Source of the DNA: a bacterium
Lineage (GTDB): Bacteria > Patescibacteriota > Minisyncoccia > Minisyncoccales > CG1-02-41-26
Length of the DNA stretch: 64,000 nucleotides
Reading direction: 5' to 3'
Assembly: GCA_021162885.1 (NCBI GenBank)
Contig: JAGGXV010000024.1
Location: 1,024 to 65,023 of the forward strand
Shown here: piece by piece, positions 25,915-34,211 of the stretch
How the letters are laid out: every line of letters starts with the position of its first letter
Numbering within the stretch: position 1 is the stretch's first letter
The notes under the pieces: model-generated
What the model was told of the DNA's origin: nothing
Database searches by the model: none
The model's input: only the letters and a program-made list of their open reading frames with translations
Made by a program: the position numbers and the translations under genes

Positions 25915-26004
25915 ATTACAAGATTCATATTTGTCATTTGCCAAATCTCCCTTAAATAACCAGCGATCGTAAGTGATTTAAAAAAAGAGCCGAGGGTAAA
26001 AAGC

Positions 26005-26577
26005 TTATTTATTAAATTTGTTCATCACTTTCTCTATTTCTTTGACTAAAACCATCTTCAAAGCTTGGCAGGTTCTTTTGATGATTTTTTTGATAATTTT
26101 TTCTTCTTCTTTTGTAAATTTCTGGAGCACATATTTTTCCGTTTCCCTAATTCCTAATTCTTTATTCCTAATTCCTACACGTATTCTTGCAAAATCCTTT
26201 GTTCCCAACTCTTTAATTATTGATTCCACACCTTTGTGGCCGGCTGAACCCCGATTTTTTGCAATTCTGATTTTCCCCAGCGGCAAGTCAATATCATCGT
26301 GAACTATCACTATGTTCCCCGGAGACGTAATTTTATAAAAGTGGGTAAGGGATTTTACAGCTTTGCCAGAGTTGTTCATAAAGGTTTGGGGTTTTGCTAA
26401 GAGAATTTTTTTACCAGAAATTTTTCCTTGAGAAATTAAAGAATTGAATTTTTTGGCTAATTCAAAATTTGGAAAATTATTTTCCCTTTGGAACCCATCT
26501 AAAACCCGAAAGCCAATATTATGGCGAGTCCTCAAATACTTGGTTCCGGGATTGCCAAGGCCGACGATTAAAATCAT
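26005..26577 (-). CDS. pth: peptidyl-tRNA hydrolase
   Basis: MILIVGLGNPG...TRHNIGF N-terminus and HDD..P.G motifs. Confidence 0.95.
   Translation of the reverse strand: MILIVGLGNPGTKYLRTRHNIGFRVLDGFQRENNFPNFELAKKFNSLISQGKISGKKILLAKPQTFMNNSGKAVKSLTHFYKITSPGNIVIVHDDIDLPLGKIRIAKNRGSAGHKGVESIIKELGTKDFARIRVGIRNKELGIRETEKYVLQKFTKEEEKIIKKIIKRTCQALKMVLVKEIEKVMNKFNK
26148..26175 (-). repeat. (TAATTCC)n heptamer array in pth
   Basis: The plus strand reads TAATTCC TAATTCT TTATTCC TAATTCC. Encodes GIRNKELGIRE on the minus strand. Confidence 0.85.
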
Positions 26578-26684
26578 AGATTTTGAGAAACTTTAAATTC
26601 CAATATCAAGATCTTAAAACATTTTGAATTTATATTATTATATCACACTTGCAGAATTAGAAAATTTTATTATAATAAATAGAT

Positions 26685-27236
26685 ATGAAGCAAATTTTAC
26701 TTTTCTTTTGGGAAACAGCAAAAATTGTCATTTTGGCTTTGGTGATAGTTATTCCTATCAGGTATTTTGTTTTTCAGCCCTTTATTGTTAAAGGGTTTTC
26801 AATGGAGCCCAATTTCCACGATGGTGATTATCTAATTGTTGACGAATTCAGTTATCATTTCCGAACTCCTCAAAGGGGAGAAGTGATTGTTTTTCGCTAC
26901 CCTAAAGATCCTTCCCAAAGATTTATCAAAAGAATCATTGGCTTGCCCGGCGAAGAGGTGAAAATAGAAGGGGGCACCATAACGATTATTGATAAATTCG
27001 GTCAGGAGCAGATTTTAGATGAATCAGATTATCTTTTTTTAGATCAAGGGAGTTTTGAGGGAGATGAGAAAATAAAATTGGGAGAAGACGAATATTTTAT
27101 CTTGGGAGATAACCGAGCTCACTCATTTGATTCCAGAAGATGGGGACCTTTGCCAAGGGAATATATTGTCGGAAGGGTTCTTTTAAGGGCCTGGCCCCCA
27201 AAAGCTATGGCTATGATTTCTACCCCTTCCTATTAA
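26685..27236 (+). CDS. lepB: signal peptidase I
   Basis: Catalytic Ser box (GFSMEPNF), Lys box (KRIIGLPGE) and GDNRAHSFDSRRWG. Confidence 0.9.
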   Translation: MKQILLFFWETAKIVILALVIVIPIRYFVFQPFIVKGFSMEPNFHDGDYLIVDEFSYHFRTPQRGEVIVFRYPKDPSQRFIKRIIGLPGEEVKIEGGTITIIDKFGQEQILDESDYLFLDQGSFEGDEKIKLGEDEYFILGDNRAHSFDSRRWGPLPREYIVGRVLLRAWPPKAMAMISTPSY

Positions 27237-27244
27237 TTAAAACT

Positions 27245-28549
27245 ATGTCCAAATTTCAATCGCCAACTGGCATGGGCGATCTTTTTGAGGAAGACCTCAA
27301 GTATTTTCAGAAGATTGAAAGGGTTTGTCAAGAGATGGCTGATTTTTATGGCTTTCAAAGAATTGAAACCCCAATTTTAGAGGAAACCGGACTTTTTGTG
27401 AAGGGGACAGGAGTGACCACTGATGTCGTTCAAAAGCAAATGTTTAGTTTTCGAACTCGTGGAGGTGACCAGTTAACTTTAAGGCCAGAAGGAACACCAG
27501 CCATTGTTAGAGCCTACATCCAACATGGTATGCAGAGTTTGCCCAAGCCAGTTAAACTCTGGTATTTTGGCCCCTTTTTCAGATACGAGAGGCCTCAAGC
27601 GGGAAGATATCGCCAGTTTTACTCCTTTGGTTTTGAATCGTTGGGAGGAGGAGCTCCGGTAATTGATGCTCAAATTATTCAAATCTTTTACAACATCTTA
27701 AAAACCCTTGGAATTCGCAATTTAATCGTTGAGATAAATTCTATTGGCGATTCCCAGTGCCGACCCTATTTTAAAAAAAGTTTAGTCAGTTATTTGAGAT
27801 CTCATCGAGCTTCTTTATGTTCTGACTGCAAAAGAAGATTAAGAGAAAATCCCTTGAGGATCTTAGATTGTAAGCAAGAAAAATGCCAAAGAGTGGTTAG
27901 AGGTGCCCCTCAAATTCTTGACCACCTTTGTAAAGATTGTCATGACCATTTTAAAAATGTTCTGGAGTTTTTAGAGGAACTTGAATTGCCCTACAGTTTA
28001 AATCCATATTTAGTTCGAGGTTTGGACTATTATACCAGAACTGTTTTTGAGTTTTTTAAGGACTCCAATCCATCCACCACTCCCGCCTCTCCGGTACCAA
28101 AACAACACTCAAAAGATGCTCTTGTTGGCGGTGGGAGATATGATGGTCTGATAAAATTATTGGGAGGCAAAGAAACGCCAGCTTGTGGAGGGGCTTGTGG
28201 TGTTGAGAGAGTTGTTAATTTAATCAAGTCAAAGCAAAAAGGAATAGGCAAAGGTCTCGAAGCTAAAATCTTTTTGGCTCAGGTTGGTCAACTTCCCAAA
28301 AGAAAGGCCCTGAAACTTTTTGAAGAATTTAGAAGAGCCAGGATCAAACTAGCAGCTTCCTTTGATAAAGATTCTCTTTCTACCCAACTAAAGATAGCTG
28401 ATAAATTGAAAATACCTTACACTTTAATCCTGGGTCAAAAAGAAGCCCTGAGAGAAGAGATAATTATTCGGGAGATGGCTAGTGGCAAGCAAAAAATAGT
28501 GCCAATAAAAAGAATAGTTAGAGAGATGAAAAAGAAAATAAAAAAATAA
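27245..28549 (+). CDS. hisS: histidyl-tRNA synthetase
   Basis: Class II motifs (LRPEGTPAIVR, FRYERPQAGRYRQF, GGGRYD). ATG at 27245 (MSKFQSPTGM) is preferred to the ORF-track start at 27140, which overlaps lepB. Confidence 0.95.
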   Translation: MSKFQSPTGMGDLFEEDLKYFQKIERVCQEMADFYGFQRIETPILEETGLFVKGTGVTTDVVQKQMFSFRTRGGDQLTLRPEGTPAIVRAYIQHGMQSLPKPVKLWYFGPFFRYERPQAGRYRQFYSFGFESLGGGAPVIDAQIIQIFYNILKTLGIRNLIVEINSIGDSQCRPYFKKSLVSYLRSHRASLCSDCKRRLRENPLRILDCKQEKCQRVVRGAPQILDHLCKDCHDHFKNVLEFLEELELPYSLNPYLVRGLDYYTRTVFEFFKDSNPSTTPASPVPKQHSKDALVGGGRYDGLIKLLGGKETPACGGACGVERVVNLIKSKQKGIGKGLEAKIFLAQVGQLPKRKALKLFEEFRRARIKLAASFDKDSLSTQLKIADKLKIPYTLILGQKEALREEIIIREMASGKQKIVPIKRIVREMKKKIKK

Positions 28550-28553
28550 TCCT

Positions 28554-28612
28554 CACGAATTACGAATGAAACCCGAATTACGAATATTCGTAATTCGATA
28601 AAATTCGTAATT
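28554..28612. repeat. ACGAATT/AATTCGT hairpin element (copy 2)
   Basis: Perfect 24-nt palindrome CGAATTACGAAT|ATTCGTAATTCG (28574-28597). Outer arms ACGAATTACGAAT (28555-28567) and ATTCGTAATT (28603-28612). Shares an identical 29-mer with 14297-14325. Confidence 0.9.
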
Positions 28613-28625
28613 GGTAGGAACGAGT

Positions 28626-28952
28626 GTGAACGAGTGTTTATTTTGTAAAATTGTCAAAAAAGAACAACCAGCAAAGATAGTTTATGAAGATGATAAGTTT
28701 GTGGCCTTTAAGGATATTAAACCAAAAGCTCCGATTCATTTTTTAATTGTCCCCAAAAAACATATAGCATCAATTGAATCTGAGAAATCAGAGGAGGTGG
28801 CTAAAGAGTTAATTTCAGTAGCCAAGAAAATTGCTAAAGAAAAAGGAATTGCTGGCTACAAATTAGTTTTCAATGTTGGTCGAGAAGGAGGTCAGTTTGT
28901 AGACCATCTGCACTTACATTTTTTAGCTGGAAAACCAGTCCAGCTTCCATAA
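28626..28952 (+). CDS. HIT-family (histidine triad) nucleotide hydrolase
   Basis: CLFCKI N-terminus and HLHLHF triad. GTG at 28626 is preferred because the TTG at 28611 lies inside the repeat element. Confidence 0.85.
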   Translation: MNECLFCKIVKKEQPAKIVYEDDKFVAFKDIKPKAPIHFLIVPKKHIASIESEKSEEVAKELISVAKKIAKEKGIAGYKLVFNVGREGGQFVDHLHLHFLAGKPVQLP

Positions 28953-28962
28953 AATTAAAATA

Positions 28963-29017
28963 ATTTTGCATTTCGCTCTGTCATTTTGCATTTTGAATTT
29001 TTCATTTTGCATTTGAC
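28963..29017. repeat. (CATTTTG)-type heptamer array, intergenic
   Basis: ATTTTGC ATTTCGC tctgtc ATTTTGC ATTTTGA ATTTTTC ATTTTGC ATTTGAC, followed by GAGCGAAGCGAAG, which can pair with TTCGCTC. Confidence 0.8.
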
Positions 29018-29035
29018 TGAGCGAAGCGAAGTAAT

Positions 29036-29251
29036 ATGCCTTTAAGAGTTAATCGCCAAGGTAGAGAATCAGCCCAAAGTTTAATTCGCCGCTTTACCCA
29101 GAAAATTAAAAAAAGCGGGATTTTGCTTGAAGCCAGAAAAAGACAATTTAGGCAAAGAGCCAAAAGTAAGCAATTGAAAAAGAAATCGGCCTTGAGAAGA
29201 GAAAAAAAGCGTCAGGAATATGAAAAACTTAAAAAATTAGGTAAAATATAG
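29036..29251 (+). CDS. rpsU: 30S ribosomal protein S21
   Basis: 71 aa, highly basic, with a typical S21 sequence (RESAQSLIRRFTQKIKKSGIL..ARKRQF). Confidence 0.9.
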   Translation: MPLRVNRQGRESAQSLIRRFTQKIKKSGILLEARKRQFRQRAKSKQLKKKSALRREKKRQEYEKLKKLGKI

Positions 29252-29301
29252 TATGGAAAATCCTGAGCTTGCTTTATGGTTTGTTCCGGGCGAAAAGGCG
29301 C

Positions 29302-29811
29302 ATGCAAATAGAAATTAATAATCTAACAACAAACGAGATTGATGAAGGTTTTATTAGAAAGATTGCTGAAAAAGTTCTGAAAGAGGAGAAAAAGGAAGGA
29401 TTGCTTTCGATTGCTTTTATTGGTTCTGGCAGAATGCGCAAAATAAATAAAAAATACCGGAAGAAAAACAGGGTGACCGATGTTCTGGCTTTTCCTGAAA
29501 AACGTTTACCCTTTGAGAAATTTTTTCAAGAACTTCAAAAAATCCAAGGTCTTGGAGAAGTTGTGATTTGTTTGAGGGAAGTCAAGAAAAATGTCAAAAG
29601 ATTTAAATCAAGTTTTGAAAAAGAATTAGCTCGGGTACTAATTCACGGAATTTTACATCTTTTGGGATATACTCATGAAAAATCGGAGAAAGCAGCAAAA
29701 AAGATGAAAGAAAAAGAAGAATACTACCTCAAAAAAATGTCTAATAATAAATTTCTAATATCGAATAAAAACTCAAATGCCAAATGCCAAATGCCAAATG
29801 CCAAAATTTGA
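29302..29811 (+). CDS. ybeY: rRNA maturation endoribonuclease YbeY with repeat-encoded C-terminal extension
   Basis: HGILHLLGYTH zinc motif. ATG at 29302 (MQIEINNLT) is preferred. Confidence 0.85.
   Translation: MQIEINNLTTNEIDEGFIRKIAEKVLKEEKKEGLLSIAFIGSGRMRKINKKYRKKNRVTDVLAFPEKRLPFEKFFQELQKIQGLGEVVICLREVKKNVKRFKSSFEKELARVLIHGILHLLGYTHEKSEKAAKKMKEKEEYYLKKMSNNKFLISNKNSNAKCQMPNAKI
29775..29802 (+). repeat. (AAATGCC)4 heptamer array at the 3' end of ybeY
   Basis: Four exact units encoding NAKCQMPNAK immediately before the stop. Confidence 0.9.
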
Positions 29812-29836
29812 TATTAGCAATTAGGATTTAGAAATT

Positions 29837-31048
29837 ATGGCAAAATCTGTTATCCTCAATGCGTTAGATATTGGCACATCCTCAGTTAAAATGATGGTTG
29901 GCCAAAAAGATTTTGCTACTGGAGATGTTACTTTGTTAGGTCAAGCTCAAGCTCCTTGTTTTGGGGTGAGGAAAGGAGAAGTTGTCAATCCTCAACAGGT
30001 AGCTGAAGCTATTGTCAAAGTGAAAGAACATCTCCAGAAATCAGGAGTTGGCAAAATTAAAAAAGTTCTGGTCAATATTGGAGGTCCCCATCTTTATTCT
30101 TTGACCAGTCAAGGTTTGGTTTCGGTTTCAAGAGCAGACCAAAAAATTTCTCAGGAAGATATTCAAAGAGTTCTTCAGGCTTCCCAAGCCCTTAACTTGC
30201 CTTCCAATAAAGAGATTTTAGATGTTTTTGCAAAAGAATTTGTGGTGGATGGAGAGGAAGGAATTGAAGACCCTTTAGGTCTTGAGGGTATAAGATTGGA
30301 AGCAAAGGTTCTTTTGAGTTGTGTTTTCTCTCCAGTTTTGGAGAGTTTAGACGAGGCGATTGAGGAAGCGGGTCTTGAAATAGAAGAAAATGGTATAATT
30401 CCTTCGCCTTTGGCTTCTTCACGAGCTTGTTTGACTGCCCAACAAAAGGAATTGGGAGTAGGAGTAGTTGATATTGGAGCGGGCAGCACTAGTGTTGCTT
30501 TTTTTGAAGAGAGAAAACTTTTAAATTTCGCCGTTTTTCCTTTAGGTTCAGCCAACATTACTAATGATATTGCCATCGGGTTGCGAACAGAAATTTCAAC
30601 AGCTGAACGAATAAAAAAAGAGTTTGCTACTCTTAACACCACAAAAAAGAAGAAAAAATTAACTAAAATAGAAATTCCCGAAAAGAATTTGGCTTTTTCT
30701 GCCAAATTTTTAAAAGATATTGTAGAAGCTCGAGTTTCAGAAATATTTTCCGAGGTTCAAAGAGAATTAAAGAAAATCTCTAAACAAAAACTTTTGCCAG
30801 CAGGTATTATTCTAACTGGTGGAGGAACTCAATTGCCGGGAATTGTTGAATTTGCCAAACGGAAATTAAAACTTCCTTGCCATTTAGGTTTTCCCAAAAA
30901 TATTCAAGGAGTTGAAGATTTGACTTTTTCAACTTGTGCTGGCCTTTTGCTAACCGGTTTTGATTTAAAAGAACAAAGAGGAGAAAGGCCAATTGGTAGT
31001 GAAGTTGGCTCGAAACTGAAAAAAATTTTTAAGATGTTTCTGCCTTAA
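29837..31048 (+). CDS. ftsA: cell division protein FtsA
   Basis: Actin-like ATPase motifs (LDIGTSSVK, VDIGAGSTSV, LTGGGTQLPG). Confidence 0.9.
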   Translation: MAKSVILNALDIGTSSVKMMVGQKDFATGDVTLLGQAQAPCFGVRKGEVVNPQQVAEAIVKVKEHLQKSGVGKIKKVLVNIGGPHLYSLTSQGLVSVSRADQKISQEDIQRVLQASQALNLPSNKEILDVFAKEFVVDGEEGIEDPLGLEGIRLEAKVLLSCVFSPVLESLDEAIEEAGLEIEENGIIPSPLASSRACLTAQQKELGVGVVDIGAGSTSVAFFEERKLLNFAVFPLGSANITNDIAIGLRTEISTAERIKKEFATLNTTKKKKKLTKIEIPEKNLAFSAKFLKDIVEARVSEIFSEVQRELKKISKQKLLPAGIILTGGGTQLPGIVEFAKRKLKLPCHLGFPKNIQGVEDLTFSTCAGLLLTGFDLKEQRGERPIGSEVGSKLKKIFKMFLP

Positions 31049-31067
31049 ACTATCTTGAACTATAACT

Positions 31068-31991
31068 ATGCCAACACCAAAAATTAAGGTTATTGGTATT
31101 GGGGGAGCAGGTTGTAATACCATCTCTCGCTTAAACTCTCTTGGTCTGAAAGGAATTGATTTGATTGCGGTTAACACTGATGCTCAAGCTCTCAAACAAA
31201 GTAGTTCTCCCCAAAAAGTTTTAATCGGCCAAACAACCACCGGGGGTTTAGGGACAGGTATGGATTATCGTTTGGGAGAGAGGGCAGCCCAAGAGAGTAA
31301 AGAAAAACTTAAAGAGATTTTAAAAGGAGCTAAAATGGTCTTTCTAACTTGTGGACTGGGTGGGGGTACCGGTTCAAGCGGCATTTCAATTTTAGCCGAG
31401 CTTGCAAAAAATTTTGGGATTTTAACCGTAGCAGTGGTAACCAAACCCTTTTCTTTTGAGGGAGGTTTTCGCCAGAAAATTGCCAACTGGGGGCTTGGTA
31501 ATCTTGAGAAAAAAGTTGATAGTTTGCTTTGCATCTCCAACGATAGAATTTTGAAAGTCATTGGAAAAACCACTTCTGTTAGCCAGGCCTTTCTGAAAAT
31601 AGATGAGATTTTGAGTCAGGCGGTTCAAGGAATTTCCAATTTGATTTCCGCTCCTGGCATCATCAGTGTTGACTTTGCCGATTTGGAAGAGATCCTAAAA
31701 GATTCAGGCCGGGCTTTATTTGGCGTTGGCCGAGCCAAAGGAGAAAATAGAGCAATGGCTGCAGCAAGTTCGGCCTTGCAATCTCCCTTGTTAGATTCGC
31801 CAATTAAAAAAGCCAAAGGTATTTTGTTTGATGTTGGTGGTAAGGATTTGGCTTTATTTGAAATAAACTCGGTTGCTAACTTTATTAAAAAAATCGCTGA
31901 TAAAAAAACCAAGATAATTTTTGGAGTTTCTGAAGATAGAACCTTAGAAAAAGGAGAGATAAAAGTTACTGTTATCGCCGCGGGCCTATAA
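31068..31991 (+). CDS. ftsZ: cell division GTPase FtsZ (core only, 307 aa)
   Basis: GIGGAGCN, NTDAQAL and tubulin signature GGGTGSSG. Ends at ..KVTVIAAGL with no linker or C-terminal peptide. Confidence 0.95.
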   Translation: MPTPKIKVIGIGGAGCNTISRLNSLGLKGIDLIAVNTDAQALKQSSSPQKVLIGQTTTGGLGTGMDYRLGERAAQESKEKLKEILKGAKMVFLTCGLGGGTGSSGISILAELAKNFGILTVAVVTKPFSFEGGFRQKIANWGLGNLEKKVDSLLCISNDRILKVIGKTTSVSQAFLKIDEILSQAVQGISNLISAPGIISVDFADLEEILKDSGRALFGVGRAKGENRAMAAASSALQSPLLDSPIKKAKGILFDVGGKDLALFEINSVANFIKKIADKKTKIIFGVSEDRTLEKGEIKVTVIAAGL

Positions 31992-31997
31992 TATAAA

Positions 31998-32267
31998 ATG
32001 TTAAAGGTTTTGGGTATTTTAGATATCATTGCGGCCCTCCTTTTGTTGGCAGCTTTATCTCCCGACACTCCAAAGGGACTGGTCATTGTGGTGGCCAGTT
32101 TAATTTGTTTAAAAGGTTTTATTTTCATCTTCGACCCAGTCAGTATTTTTGATGTTGGAGTTGGCATTTTGCTCTTTTTGAGTTTATTTATCATTCTGCC
32201 TTTTTTACTTCTTTTTATTGTGGCTGGCGTTTTAATAGTTAAGGGAGTTTTGAGTTTAGCCGCTTAA
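31998..32267 (+). CDS. small integral membrane protein (89 aa, about 3 TM)
   Basis: Entirely hydrophobic ORF starting 7 nt after ftsZ. Confidence 0.5.
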   Translation: MLKVLGILDIIAALLLLAALSPDTPKGLVIVVASLICLKGFIFIFDPVSIFDVGVGILLFLSLFIILPFLLLFIVAGVLIVKGVLSLAA

Positions 32268-32275
32268 CTTATAAT

Positions 32276-33478
32276 ATGACCTCCTCTAAAATTCTCCTTT
32301 ATCTTTTGCTCTCTTTTATCGGAGGGATTTTTGTTTCTTCTTTTTTTGATGTTCCCGAACTCATAATTTATGAGCTTTTTGGATTGGGTACTTTCTACAG
32401 CATTTTGTTTTTTAAACAAAAAACCATCCTTGTTTTTGGGATTTGCTTAATAATTTTAGCTTCTGGCATTTTAAGAACCGAATCTGCAAAACTTCCAGAG
32501 TCCGGCTCACTGGGAATTTCTTACCAAACCGGGGAAACAAAAATTTCAGCAGTTCAAGAAAAATTTTCTGATTTTAAACAAAAATTGAGGGAGGTTATTT
32601 ATCGAAATTTATCACCGCCCCAATCTTCGATTTTGGCAGCCATTATTTTGGGGGATAAAACAAGAATTCCCAGAGAATGGAAAGAAAAACTAAACATTGC
32701 GGGTGTTCGTCATATTACTGCCATCTCTGGAATGCATATTGTTATTTTGTCTGGGATTTTGATTTGGCTGGGAATAGCTTTAGGGCTTTATCGAGGCCAG
32801 GCCTTTTGGTTTAGCTTAATCTTGCTTTGGCTTTTCATTTTGCTTGTGGGATTTCAACCCTCAGCTATAAGAGCGGGTATTATGGGTTCTCTTTTTCTTT
32901 TTTGCCAAAAAATTGGCAGGCAAAGAGCAGCTTTAAATACTTTAGTTTTGGCAGCTGCAATTATGCTACTTTTTAATCCTTTGCTTTTGAGGGAGAGTGT
33001 TGGTTTTCAGCTTTCTTTTTTGGCTGTCTTTGGGATAATCTATTTAATGCCATTTTTCAAAAATTTATTGGACAAAACAAAAATTTTGAAGACCTTAAAT
33101 TTATCTGGGCTTTTGGGAATGACCTTTTCTGCTCAAATTTTTGCCTTGCCAATTTTAATTTATAATTTTGGCTATATCTCAATAGTCACTCCAATTACCA
33201 ATATTTTAATCGTTCCTCTCTTACCTTATATTATGGGGATGGGATTGTTTTTTGTTTTGCTGGGAGCAATCGCTCAGCCCATTGGTTGGATTTTATCTCT
33301 GCCAATTTGGTTGTTCGTCGCTTATCTAACGGGCATAGTTGATTTCTTTTCGAAAATTTCCTGGGCTTCTCAAACTTTAAAAATCTCTTGGCTATGGTTA
33401 GTTCCGATTTATTTAGGGTTGGGATATTTTGTCTGGCGTTTAACCCAAAAAGAGAAATTGAAATTTTTAAGTTATTAG
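32276..33478 (+). CDS. comEC: ComEC/Rec2-family DNA uptake channel (competence domain only)
   Basis: Polytopic membrane protein with the competence-domain signature region (GVRHITAISGMHIV). At 400 aa it has no room for a metallo-beta-lactamase domain. Confidence 0.8.
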   Translation: MTSSKILLYLLLSFIGGIFVSSFFDVPELIIYELFGLGTFYSILFFKQKTILVFGICLIILASGILRTESAKLPESGSLGISYQTGETKISAVQEKFSDFKQKLREVIYRNLSPPQSSILAAIILGDKTRIPREWKEKLNIAGVRHITAISGMHIVILSGILIWLGIALGLYRGQAFWFSLILLWLFILLVGFQPSAIRAGIMGSLFLFCQKIGRQRAALNTLVLAAAIMLLFNPLLLRESVGFQLSFLAVFGIIYLMPFFKNLLDKTKILKTLNLSGLLGMTFSAQIFALPILIYNFGYISIVTPITNILIVPLLPYIMGMGLFFVLLGAIAQPIGWILSLPIWLFVAYLTGIVDFFSKISWASQTLKISWLWLVPIYLGLGYFVWRLTQKEKLKFLSY

Positions 33479-33497
33479 CTATAATATTAATATTAGT

Positions 33498-34211
33498 ATG
33501 TTATCAATTATTATTCCAACTCTAAATGAGGAAAATTATTTACCTCGATTATTAGAATCTTTAAGGAGACAGAGTTTTCGAGATTTTGAAGTAATTGTTG
33601 CTGATGCTGGGTCAAAAGATACAACAAGAGAAATTGCGAAAGCTTTCGGCTGTAAAGTTGTTAAAGGAGGATTGCCAGCCAAAGGGAGAAACCAGGGGGC
33701 AAAAGAGGCAAAGGGAGATTTGCTTTTGTTTCTGGATGCTGATGTAATTTTGCCAGAAGATTTTTTAACCAAGGCCATTGGAGAATTTAAAAAAAGAGAT
33801 TTAGATATTGCCAGTTTCCCCTTAATTCCAATTTCTGAGAAAAGAAATTCTCTTTCACAAATTTTGTTCGACTTCTTTTACAATTATCCCTTAAAAATTT
33901 TTGAGAAAAAATGGCCTCACGGAGCGATGGGGATATTGGTGAAAAAAAGTTTGCATCAAAATTTAAAAGGATTTGACGAAGAAATAAAATTTGCCGAGGA
34001 TCACGATTATATTAAAAGAGCTTCGGAATTGCGAAAATTTGGAGTGATAAAATCAACTAAAATTTTTGTCTCTTTGAGGAGATTTAAAAAAGAGGGTTGG
34101 GTAAAAGTCGGATTTAAATATGCTTTCGCTGAAATTTATAGGAAATTGAAAGGTCCCATAAGAAAAGAAATTTTTCAATATAAATTTAATCATTATGATG
34201 AAGAAAATTAA
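33498..34211 (+). CDS. family 2 glycosyltransferase
   Basis: LSIIIPTLNEE...VADAGSKD...FLDAD (DxD) motifs. Confidence 0.85.
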   Translation: MLSIIIPTLNEENYLPRLLESLRRQSFRDFEVIVADAGSKDTTREIAKAFGCKVVKGGLPAKGRNQGAKEAKGDLLLFLDADVILPEDFLTKAIGEFKKRDLDIASFPLIPISEKRNSLSQILFDFFYNYPLKIFEKKWPHGAMGILVKKSLHQNLKGFDEEIKFAEDHDYIKRASELRKFGVIKSTKIFVSLRRFKKEGWVKVGFKYAFAEIYRKLKGPIRKEIFQYKFNHYDEEN

